Assembly: GCA_023213395.1 (NCBI GenBank)
Contig: CM041465.1
Coordinates: forward strand, 193,633,741-193,697,740
Length of the DNA stretch: 64,000 nucleotides
Reading direction: 5' to 3'
DNA from: Cycas panzhihuaensis
Lineage: Eukaryota > Plantae > Cycadophyta
Of this stretch, positions 12,591 through 24,805 are shown in pieces. The notes below the pieces were generated by a model, which was not told the DNA's origin, did no database searches, and saw nothing but the letters and a program-made list of their open reading frames with translations. Each line of letters starts with the position of its first letter. Position 1 is the stretch's first letter. A program made the position numbers and the translations under genes.

Positions 12591-14718
12591 TTAAATCAAA
12601 TACTCTTTTAGAATCATACATCTCAAATCCTTCCTTGAGTGGCTCATTGATAGGCATTTCCTTACCTGATTCATTTGAGTCATTTATGGATTTATTGTAC
12701 TACTCATGGATAAGCTTCTTACTAGATTGTTCTTTAATTTAATTACCTAGTCATTTATGTGTGCTACTTATCTTTTTGTTATATAGCTCTTTTATAGGCT
12801 CCTTACTAGATTATTTTTTCATTTGACTAACTCCTTCTATTTTTTCCTTATATGATCTCTCTTGCATTCTAGAAGAGGTAAGATCTCACTTTTGTTATCT
12901 TCCTCTCAACATTTATCTCTAAAATTTATAATTTATTTATATGTATAATCTTCATTATGTTCACACCACCACCTCTTAAACCTTATATCAAATTTGATGA
13001 GAAAATTTATTAAGAAATGCTTCCAATTAGGGTAATCTAAATGTTTATCCAAATCCCTCTCTTAAACTCATCCACCTATATATTCCTAAATATATGAGGG
13101 AAATACCCTTTTGTCCTATATGAGGATGAATATTAAAGACCTTTTTAACCTTATCCAACCACTCTATTAGTTGTATTTCTCCATCTTTAATAAAGATTAA
13201 CATACTTCCATAATTTTGTTATAAGGTTCCACTATTGAGCATTAACTTCTAATGGAATTTATAACATCAAATGGGAACAAAAATACATCATCTAATGGCC
13301 CATTTCAAATTTCTTTGAATTAGGATTATAATGCTTTAGAGAAAATTGAATTATAATACTTGTAGTAGAAGTTATGTCCCTTTTAAGGGGGGTCATGATT
13401 AAGTTTTTTATGGATTGTAATAGTACCTCTTACTAAGAAATGAATAAATCCTTTTATTTTAAATGATATATAATAGAGTTAAAACCACTTCCAATATAAA
13501 GTAAACATTAAAACACATTGATTCAAAAAAATATTTAGGTTAATTAAACATGTATAGTTAAAGTTATAACTTTCTAAAATGATAGCAATAAGTTTTAGGT
13601 TATAAAGATAGTGATAGGTGATAAGCCAAAACTAAATTCCCTACAATTTTCATAATTTCACTTCAAAACTTATAGTATTACCACTTAAAATTTATAAAAT
13701 AGGCCTCATTGATTTAAATTTATTATTACCATTTTAAAATTCTTTTGTTTATACTCTTAAAAATGCAAATCCTTGATATACCAAAAGTAAAGCTCTAATA
13801 CCACTTGAAGTGATCCTAAATTAGATCTACTTCTATAAACAAAAAATAAAGAAAGCTAAAATGAAAGATAAATAGACATAATTGCCCCAAGCACTAAGTG
13901 CCAAAATAAAATTAAGATTATCTAATAAATAAAACTTATAAAATGAGTTAGGGGTCTCCCTTATTTATAGGTGCCAATATGACTCCCTATTAAGAAAACT
14001 AACTTTAATAATAATATTAATAAAAAAATATTGACTTCATAATATTAAAACCAACTTGCAATGGTTCCCCAATTTGGGCTTTTACGAATTACTATGAATG
14101 CCAGACAAACTATTATGCAGAAATGCATGCTATGCTTAAAGCCCTAGATCAAGCTGTTGAAGGAAATATTCAGCGTTTGGTAATAGAGGGGGATTCAAAG
14201 GTTGTGCTAAATACGCTGAAAGGTGAGGCCCTTCTAGACTGGAGATTCCAGCCCCTTTTCAATGATGCCAAAGAGCTCATTAAGGGTCTGGCAGAAGTTC
14301 GTATAAGGCATACCCTGAGAGAAGGAAACAAACCAACTGACTTTTTGGCAAACTGGGGAGCAAGGCACAGGAAGGGTCAAGTGTGGAAGAGTGATTTCCC
14401 TAGGGACCTCATGGTTCTGGTAGAGAAGGATATGATCTGTAATAGCTAGCCGTGGGGCTTATCCCAGCATTTAGCTCTCTGGCCTAGACCATGGGGCTGT
14501 CACGGTCATATAATACTTGGTAGCACAAAATTTCCTGATGTAATAGGTTGTGGGATCCTGTTCAAACCCACTATAAATTCATTTTATCTTACCAAAAAAA
14601 ATATTAAAACCAACTTTCTATTAATTAAAAGTATCACTTCCTAATAATAATAATAATAATAATAAAATTAACTTCTAATAAAATATCAACTTATCCTCAA
14701 TCAAATAAGATCATTACA
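12590..14718 (-). mobile_element. Short gypsy-derived LTR element (5' LTR 14718-13806, PBS, gag remnant), LTR interrupted by a LINE
   Basis: LTR TGTAATGATC...CACTTCA on minus; tRNA-iMet PBS (gctctaatacca, 13792-13803); gag-like IEWLDKVKKVF..PNWKHFLINFLIKFD at ~13180-12985; possible PPT and truncated 3' LTR start near 12620. Confidence 0.55.
14058..14599 (+). mobile_element. 5'-truncated L1 LINE (RNase H domain + 3' UTR + polyA)
   Basis: ORF 14123-14449 with LVIEGDSKVV..IRHTLREGNKPTDFLANWG (plant L1 RNase H); A-tail; perfect 17-bp TSD aatattaaaaccaactt (14041-14057/14600-14616). Confidence 0.95.
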
Positions 14719-16350
14719 TATCTACTAAAAAAAACTTATAGAAATAGGAACCTAATGTAGAATATCTTACTGAAAAACTCTCAAAATAACTTATGAGATA
14801 ATTAGAATTAGATTATACCATTTTTAGCTAGTTACAACACGTTGTTTATTTATGAATGAAACTATATAGACGACAGGTTTATAAGGCTATAGTAAATGCA
14901 TCTCTCGTAAATGATTTGTTATGAGGGTAAAGATAGTTGTGGTCAATCAATAAGTGGATCACAAGAAGTTTAAGACTATGAGAACATCTATATGTATTAT
15001 TATCATGATTATTAGGGAAAAGGTAATGATACTACCATCAACACATACTTCAAAGTGGGATATAAAAAGGGAGAAGGAGGATATAATAAGGGATTATTAA
15101 TTCCATATTTAACCATTTAATCATTTTTTAGAGCATTGCATATTCTTTTAAGAGTTTTAAGAATAAAGATTAGGGGGAAGGATATGTAGAATAATTTTTC
15201 ATGTTGTATTAAGAGAACATTTTTTGGAATAAACCCTAACTAGAATCCATATCCAATAGAGCTAAGTTATAATGTCTTTTGGTACTTAATAGAATAGAAG
15301 ATATGAAGTGCATGTAAGATCTCCTACTATTGAGACATTTTCTATATATTTAGAGTAATTTATTATCCACTTAATATAATTTATAGATATCTTCTTATTT
15401 TGTATAAAATCTAGTTTCTTTTAGTATTCCTAATGAATGAAGAATTGTACATGTTTCTTTGTTATACATGTTATGAATTTTAAGCTAGAGTATTATTTGA
15501 TGGTAAACATATTAATGTGTATAGCTTAATCTAGTTCTTGATGATCTCAACAATACAAAATTTATATGTTTATTTCTCCCACATGATTCATCTACCTTAG
15601 TTGATGTTAATCTTTTTTATTATTATTTTCATTATTTAAATACATAATTACTAAAATTTTTACCTCTTCATGTTATGAGTAATTCTTGGCATACACTCAT
15701 AAACTACTTGTGATAAAAATAATGCGTAATTTTCTTTGTAAGTCCTCTTATAGCTATATATAAATAAAGGAAACTTCTTCTACCTAAGTGGATGGCCTAA
15801 TGTCCTCTTAGTTACATCTATGAAGTCATATCTTAGAAACTCATAAACATAATCAAATTATCATCTCACTCTAGTTACACTACAGAGGGCCAATAGGTAC
15901 TTAAGATATTCTTCCTACATTATCCATAAAGTTACTTATAAATTTTTGATACCTTACATCCATAAGTGATCATGATAAATAAGGGGTAAAAATCTATACA
16001 ACAAGGCAAAAAAGATGTGACCATTCAAAATAGAGAGTAAAATGAAGTCTAAAATAATGCTAATATTTAGCTAAATTGAGAGCCTAGAATGATAAAATTT
16101 TAAAAATCAAATAAATAAAAGAACATAATATATATCACTTTATAATATAAAATATATATGATGGTTATTTATGTTATTTTTCCTTTTAAAAAGTTGTTGA
16201 AGTGTATGTGATACCCTCAAAAGCTATCCAATTATAGAGGCAGGATAAGTGGGCTTATATTTTTGTTCTTATTCTTTATGTGTTAACTCTTTATTATAAA
16301 GGAGAAGTGATGGGATCCTAATATAAAGGCTAATCCTCATGGTGGAAATA

Positions 16351-16490
<140 letters not shown>

Positions 16491-16860
16491 GATTTTATGG
16501 TTTCTATATTGACTAATTTATCTAAATTTATTATTATCTAAGTCTTCATCTTAATGATTAATTCTTATTGTTAAGGAAGACTAATACATAAGAAAATCAA
16601 ATAATCAAACCAATTATGATTCCTTAGTCTCCATTTCATCTATAGTTGTAGGTATATGCTGGGTTTCATATGAAAAAATTCCTATATAAGAGAGGTTTCC
16701 TAGTTGTTGATGATTGATTATTAACTAAATTTCCTAGTTTATCCAATTTAGAATAACTACAATATTAATATTACAAATTAGGGTAGTTAAAATTATGATG
16801 AATTCTTCACATACTTTTCACTTCATAGTTATTATGATATAGCTAAGAAGAAATTAAATG

Positions 16861-19800
16861 TGAAGTGATCCTAAATTGGATATGTTTCTATAAACATAAG
16901 AGAAAATTGAAATAGGAAGAAGTTAGGAAGGCTCTTTTCAGCATGAAGAGAGACAAAGCTCCGGGCCTTGATGGATTTCCCATAGGGTTTTTTCAGGAGT
17001 TTTGGGACATTATCAAGGATGACCTTATGGAAGCTCTACATGAGTTCTATGTAAATAATAAGATTCTGTAGGAATGGCAGACCACATTCCTCATTCTCAT
17101 CCCTAAGAAAGATGGGGTGAAAAGAATGGAAAAGTTTCACCCCATTAGTCTCTGCAATGTTAAATACGAGATTATAACCAAGGTCTTGGACAATAGACTA
17201 AAGAAAATTATGCCAAATATTATCTCCCAAAATCAAGACGGTTTTCTCCAGGGAAGACATATCTATGATGGTTTCATAGTAGTTCATGAAACAATTCATT
17301 CAGTTACGGAAAGGAAGGAGCCTGCAATGCTCATCAAGATTGACCTCACTAAGGCCTTTGATAGGGTCTCCTGGGAGTGCCTTCTAGATTGTCTAGAGGC
17401 ATTTGGATTTGGGGAACCTTGGCAAACTTGGATTAAGCTTTGTATAGGCAATCCACAATTCTCAATTATTATTAATAGTTCATCTTCTAGCTTTTTCCCA
17501 GGCTCTAGGGGGCTGAGACAAGGTGACCCTCTCTCTCCCTTCCTATATATAATGATGGCTAAAATATTGGGTAGAACTTTGGAGTCAGCTAGAAGGCAAG
17601 GGATTATCAATGGCATAAAACCGACATCAGGGGTGGACAATGCAGTCCATCACTAATTCGTGGATGATAATATCTTCTTAGGGAAGGCTGCCATAAGAGA
17701 GGCATCTAAATTTAAGGAGATTTTGGGACACTTTGAGAGGGCTATGAACCAGAAGATAAGTTTGAATAAGAGTAATGTCTACTTCATAAATACCCTAGGC
17801 TATACCCAAGGTAAGATTAGCAAGATTTTAGGGATAGGTATTAAGAAGCTCCCCACAACTTACCTTGGATTGCCTCTCTTCGTATGTAAGATGACCAAGG
17901 AAATGTGGAATCCCTTCATTGATAGAATATAAAGGAAGTTGGATAGATAGAAAGGTACCCTCTTAAGCCTCGTGGGGAAGCTCTAGCTAGTGGCTTCTAC
18001 ACTTTAGAGCATCCTAGTCTTCTGGATGTCCATCTTCAAAATACTGCCTGGAATCTCAGACATTATCGAAACTATCTAGAAGAGATTCCTCTAGTCAGGG
18101 GTAGGGAATAAAGATAGGATACATTTGGTGAGCTAGAGTAAAGTTTGTACTCTGAAATGGGCTAAAGGTCTCAATCTCAGAAGGATTCCATCTTTTAATG
18201 TTGCTCCCAGGGCCAAGATGGGCTGGTGATTAATCAAAGGGGAAGAGCGACTGTGGGAGAAGATTCTATCACAAAAATATCTTCAAGGTGGCTCTCTCGT
18301 AGAAAACATTGCCTCACCAGTGGCCTCAACTATCTGGAGGAGTATTCTAAAAGCTTAGAAAGCTATCAGAGAAGGCCTGAAATGGAGATTGGGAGATGGT
18401 AACTCCATTAGGTTCTGGGAGGATGCGTGGTGTTATGACAAGAATCTAAAGAAATACCCTGATCTGGCTCCTATCCAGGGCCCCTATATTAGGCATTATG
18501 GAGTACACATAAAAGACTAGTGGACTAGGAATGGAAGAAATAGAAGTTGGAGAAATTTTGAGGAAATCCAGGATGAGCAACCTTTGCAAGAGGGGCTTTA
18601 CAAAATCAAAAGGATCCTGGGAAAGAGTTATATCCCTAGGATGCCTTCGCCAGATTCAGTTATGTGGCCCTTGAGCTCATCTGGGGATTACACCACCAAA
18701 CAGGGGTACCACTACTTATGTCTAATGAGAGGTGACCAAAGGAATCAAATATTAGAAGGCATTTGGAAGCTTCCTCTTATACCCAAGATAGTAGTTTTTT
18801 GGTAGATCTGTTTAGGGAATAAAATATTTACCGTAGATAACCTAAAAAAGAGAGGGTTCCACCTGCCCGATAGGTGCATACTATGTTGCAAAGAAGAGGA
18901 ATCCATGGATCATATCTTCCTTGGGTGCTCATTCTCAAGGGAGGTATGGAGGATGCTGCTGGATAAACTGGAGGTGTGCTAGACCTTTTCGGAAAAGGTT
19001 GTTGATCTATGGCTTGCTTGGCAAAGCCCGTTTAGAAGTAAAATCTTAAGTTGTATTTGGAAGAGCACACTATCGATACTAGCGTAGAATATATGGAAGG
19101 AGAGAAACTGAAGAATCTTCTAGGGGAATCATATGGACCAGTATGCCACCTTTAATAAAATTTGTATGGACATCAGGGAAAATGTCAGAAACACCAAGGA
19201 GAAGCATACAACCCTGACTGAGAATAGGATTCTACTTAAGTAGGGCATAGAACCAGTATATGAGGTTGTAAAGGCCAGATGTAGCAGCTGGATGCCGTTG
19301 GTAGGGCCCTGGCTTAAAATCAACTTTGACAGTGCTTCAAAGGGGAACCCTAGAGAAGCTGGGCGAGGGGGAATTTATAGAGATAATAATGTCTCCCCCA
19401 TTTGGGCCTTTGCAGACTACTATGAGCACCAAACGAACCACTTTGCAGAAACACACACTATGCTAAAATCTCTTGATTTAACCCTTGAAGGAGGCATTCG
19501 ACGACTAGTAATTGAAAGAGACTTAGAGGTGGTCATAAATTCTCTAAAAGGCGTGGCCCTCCCAGACTAGAGATTCCATCCCATAATCAAGGATGCTAAG
19601 GAGAGTATTAAGGGACTAGTAGAAGTATGTATAAGACACACATTGAGAGAACATAACAAAGTTGTAGACTTTTTGGCAAACTAGGGGGTGAGGCATAAGG
19701 AAGGCGATGTGTGGAGGCATGACTTTCCTAGGGATCTTATAGTTTTGATAGAGAAGGAAATGGTCTGAAGTAGCTAGCTGAGGGGCTTGTCCTAGCAATG

Positions 19801-20180
19801 TAATTCTTCCGCCTAGACTGTGGGGATGTCATGGTCATCTTTGACTTGGAAACCTAAAGCATATTGATGTACTAGGTTGTGGGATCTTATTTCAAACCCA
19901 CTCATAATTCAATTTTATCTTATCAAAAAAAAAAAAGAGAAAACTGAAATAAAATTTCAATAGAAGCTCCTAAGAGTCAAATGGTAAAAAGATCCCAAAT
20001 AGATTAACTTCCAAAAGATAAAATGGATGCTTTATAAAAGAATGATAATTCTCTATTTACAGGTGCTAAAATTTACCACCTTTAAAAAATTTGACTTCTT
20101 AATAATAATAAAACTAACTTACAATGATAATAATAAGATACCTACTTCCCTACTAATAATAAAACTAACTTCTAATAGTT
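16861..20180 (-). repeat. Solo/partial LTR related to the 13806-14718 LTR, split by a LINE (pieces 16861-16914 and 19952-~20180)
   Basis: tgaagtgatcctaaatt[a/g]gat..ttctataaaca shared with 13806; ..tattta[c/t]aggtgc..aaaactaactt repeats shared; no adjacent PBS. Confidence 0.7.
16915..19934 (+). mobile_element. 5'-truncated L1 LINE ORF2 pseudogene (RT, zf-RVT, RNase H), 3' UTR, polyA
   Basis: KAPGLDGFP, HPISLCNV, KIDLTKAFDRVSW, GLRQGDPLSPFL, FVDD, CILCCKEEESMDHIFLGC, WLKINFDSASKGNP; A12 tail; 17-bp TSD aagagaaaa(t/c)tgaaata (16898-16914/19935-19951). Confidence 0.97.
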
Positions 20181-20990
20181 TTGTGCCCAAATTCCATAAT
20201 TGAATTTGTTCACAACATAATGGCTCCAAATGTGAATGAGATGGTTACTTATATAGATTTCATAATTTCATACAAGTGATAAATTATAGGGTAATGGCTG
20301 ATCTATCACTTCTATAACCAATATTATTATACAACCTTCAAAAGTAATTAATATTACATCTACTATACATATGGTTTTATGATATGACTATTAAATACTT
20401 ATAGAATAATCATAATAAGGAACAAGCATTAGAGTTAAAGTTATTGAATGATTTGGAATGGCACAATTGATCCTAGTAACCCTTCATTAATAGTGCATTG
20501 TATCACTTTTTGTTTTATTATGATAGTATCCACATGAATTAAAAGAGTAGAAGCTTGGTTGGTAACTCTTATTATTTTTTAATTAAATATAATTATATCT
20601 TATGCATTTACATCTTTAACCTTTTTGGTATTGAGAAATAGTTTTCTTTATTCAAGGTTTCCTTATAAATAATTCTTCACTTCTATAGTTATACTACATT
20701 TCATAATATATTTATTGAGCATAAAAGAGAATATGGGTATGTATATAAGTTATTTATTCATCAAATTTATTTTAGAAAGGGCATATCAAAGATGTTCTCA
20801 GGTTGAATATTTGATGAAGAAGAATCAACTATGATTTTCGTTATTACTTATTACAAAATAATAGGTAGAGGTGTAAGTTATAATTTCTATAGCATAAGTT
20901 ATAGATCTATAATAAATGTTTAGAATAAGGAAAGTTGGATTTGGCAAGATATACTTTCTTATATAATTTAGATGTTATAATTTAAAAACA

Positions 20991-21268
20991 TGTTTAATTA
21001 TATGACTAATGATGAACTAGGGTTTAATAGGGTAGGGCTATGATATTTTGGATTTACATCTACATATTCCTTTACCTTAAGGCATTACATAATTAACATG
21101 AATATAAAGTAAAGAAAGCACCGTTAGACTTAATCATCACCACAAGACATGAAGATTTATATATGAAAAACCCATTATGGGAAAAACCATGGGAGAAGGT
21201 GGAGTTAGGATACTAATAAGGTTTATATATCTAAGTCTCGAACCTTTCTCCATTTCTCAAGTGGTAAG
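20991..21268 (-). repeat. Partial LTR related to the 48116-48528 LTR, inverted
   Basis: aaaaacccatt.t.ggaaaaaccatgggagaaggtggagttagga...ttctcaagtggt is the reverse complement of 48292-48480. Confidence 0.75.
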
Positions 21269-21329
21269 TGTATATTAACTACCATGCATTAATTAACATA
21301 TGAATGTAAAGTAGGCTTTAATAGGAGCT

Positions 21330-21749
21330 TTTGAATTAATTTGATGGTTAACCAAATGTTGATCATCCAACTTAATATTGATTAAAAGTCACCATACAGG
21401 TGAAAATATGGAGACGTATATAGAACACTTCATATATGTAGATTTTAAATAGGTTAATGCTTGATGGAGATAAGCATATCATTACAAGTTACGTATAAGA
21501 TATAGATACAATTATAGGATATAGGTTATTTACAGGATATACGATATAGGATATAGTTATAGATTACAAGCTATTTATAAGTTATAAGTGATACTGCATA
21601 TAGGATATAAGATACCATTACAAGCTATAAGTTCCAACATATAAGATGAAGACTTGAAAATTTTAGATCAAGATTCAAGGGCATTAAACATTATGGAGGG
21701 GTGTTAAAATATAATGTTTAATATGGGTTCATTATACATATGTACTTCC
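21330..21749 (+). mobile_element. 3' internal region, PPT and start of LTR of a non-coding LTR element (family X); LTR resumes at 39979-40088
   Basis: Direct repeat of ~47800-48165. LTR starts tgttaaaatataatg at 21702. Joining 21702-21749 to 39979-40088 reproduces the uninterrupted copy at 48116-48273. Confidence 0.85.
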
Positions 21750-24700
21750 TATTAACATGGAAATTGTTTGTTAATATACTAAGTTAATTTTCATGTGGTT
21801 TAACTAATGGTGCTTAGTGAAAAGATGTGAGATATTTAGAGGGTCACAATCCTTATTAGGTGACACCTCTTGAAAGGATATATATATATCCTAGAGCCCT
21901 TGTATTTTTATATATCAATTAGTATGTAATCAATATGATCCAAAAGGATATTTTGTGGTGGGTTTTTTCTCAAAAGGGTTTCTTGCGTAAACCCTATATA
22001 CTATGCATAAGTATTCTATATTTATATTTATATGCTTACTGTGTATGGTTAAAGATTCTACAGATAAGAACATACATGTATGACTTGATATTCCTAAATA
22101 TGGTATTAGAGCCATAAGATCCTACATAGTTGAGGATGAATGTTGAAGAAAGTAGTGTGATCATTAGTTGTCAGGTGAAGCCATCAAACCCAAGAAATAT
22201 CTTAAGGGTCTATCAACTCTAACAACATGTAAAAGTAAGCATAGCAAATCAATGGTGATTGGGGCAATAAAAATCACTAATCAACAAAAAATAAAGGTTA
22301 GTTGTGATTAATATTCAAATATGCAGGCCACAAATATGGAAAGAGGTGGCTCATTGGAGATCATATGAAATAGGTTGGTAAATAAACATATTATTAGAGA
22401 TAATAGAAGTACATATCCATGGGGATCAAATAATATTAAGTATATCCATATTTATATATATATAAGTTAGTTATTTCCTCAGTAAAAGCATTATAAAATT
22501 CAATGAAAATAGGCCTATTTTACTACCTTTTACTATTAAATCTCCTTTTCACACCTATGGACATGATTGGAGCTATGTATTAGTATTTGTTTGTCTATAT
22601 ATAAGTGTTGGATTGCATGTATAACAATAGTAAGTGTTAACCTTAATATCAAAAGTTATTTTATTAAATTTTGGCACCCTTATTTGAGTTTGGGTCTTTA
22701 TTTCCGCACTGTATATGTGAAATAAACCTATAAAAGACATGGAAATATTATCTAGGCTCTTATTAAGGTGGTTGGGCTACATCTAGAAGATCCTTACTAG
22801 TCATAAGGGCAGGAGGAGTGCACAAAGGGTCGAGCAACCTATGTTAGTCATGCGAATGTCATGACATTATATATTCACTCAAGAAGGTTAAAAGGATATC
22901 AAAGGGTGTATTTTTAATATATTTAATCTTATTAACCTTTGTTTAACCTTATAACATGTCAATCTTTGATATTAGACATGTGTGTTAAGTGATATAAGGC
23001 ACAAGCATATTAAAATGCTACACCTTTTAGAATATACCTTTTGGCATATTCCCTCCCAATGTAACTTTATAAAAAGGCCCTTTTTTACCATTGATACATA
23101 AGATATTGCATAGTGTGAAGATATTTGAAATATTATCAAGTCATTTTGAGTGTTATTCAAGGATATTTATTGTGATTTCTAACTTAGAGATTGTGTCTTA
23201 TCACTGTGAGATAATTTCCTTGGTCCTTGGAGTAAAGTCTTAAATATTTCATGTGATTTTTTAAGGCTTTTTGCACACTATTAAGAATATTTTAAGTCCT
23301 TTTATGAGGGGAAAGCAATCAGTGAGTTACCCAAAGTATGCATAGTCATTATTTGGGGCTCCCCGAGAGTATGTGCTTGAGCTAAAGGAGGCCAAAATGG
23401 TGCAATTTTATTTGGTAAGTTTGTAAGACCTTCATTTGGTATTGTTTGAACCATGTTGAAGCTTGTATCTCAAGATGGATTGTGTGTTATCGAAGGTTAT
23501 CTTCAACAACAATAATTTTAGCGAGTAGAAGGCCAACATAGAGCTTGTTTTAATGGTGAACCAAATGTTGGAGTTAATCATCATCACTCCACTCCCACCT
23601 TTCTAACTAGGATTATACACCTTATCAACTTCAATTTAGATATGTGATGCTCAACATGTCAAGGTAATTTAAGGTAAGTTTAACTTTGATTTATGTTAAG
23701 TTGAGTTAGTTTCATTTGAGTTAAGTTAATATTATTTTATTATTATTTTGAATTCAGGGGTTAAGGAGTTTCCCTCCTCCCCCAAATTATAAATATTGAG
23801 GGGAGTACAACTCTGGTGTCTTTAGACACCGCCCTCATTTAGGAAATTTATAATGCTTGCTTCTCACAATGTAATAACTACAATGGATTTTTAGTTTATA
23901 CTACATTAATATATTGCAATATTGATCTATGCGATTTTATTCTATGTTATACCCTATTCTCTTGCAAATATATTTTCCTTCATTTGGTATCAGAGTGAGT
24001 TTTTGCTGATATGTGAAGTTTTTCAAAAAAATAAGAAGATTTTGAGGCAGATATATTGAAATATTCTTCATTACAATATTGAGCAGCCATAGGCTCAAAT
24101 CTAAAAGCTCAATATATGAATGACATTTTCTTTCTATTTTTGAAAACATTTTGAAATTTTTTATAAAATCTAGAGTACTCAGCTTGGGCACCTTCAATAG
24201 ACTTCTTTGGCTCAAATCTAGAGCTTACATAAGTGATTTTATGTTAGTTTTAACTCTATGCTTCTCAAGTATTGACTTCTCTCACAAAATCCACCAAATA
24301 CTTAGCTGATACCATTAATAGATATCAAGAAATTTGTAAGGTGGATGTCGCATTAACCTACTGTAGCCTCATTTTTTAAGCTATTATATAGCCTTTCTTC
24401 CTGAAGATTTGCTTGAGAATAGTCTTTGAAGGCCTGAGCTTTGTAATGAATATTTTGAGAAAACTGGGCTGTTGATTAAGCCTTTGTAAAACTCATTATT
24501 ATGACACAAGCTTCTTACATAGCTTGAACTATTTTGCTGCCAAAATCCCTCAACACAACCAGTAGGCTTCCCATCTATCTTCACATAGCTCATTGATGAA
24601 GAATAATACTCTAAAAAATATAGTTTGTAGGGCATGAGTATTTACAGAAGTTGTTTTTGAATCAAGCAACTATTATAGAATCAGATGATCCAAGAAGCAT

Positions 24701-24805
24701 AAAGAAAGAGAGTAAACTTTTAATTGTATATATATAAGTGCGAGAGAGAATATCAATCACTGAAACATTTTTTTTGGATGCAATTGAGGTAATCGCCTCC
24801 TTGCA

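Noticed and set aside
14720-16260. Possible decayed LINE RT on the minus strand
   Set aside because: Only vague motif resemblance; not supportable.
17296-17640. 114-aa minus ORF
   Set aside because: Antisense shadow of the LINE RT.
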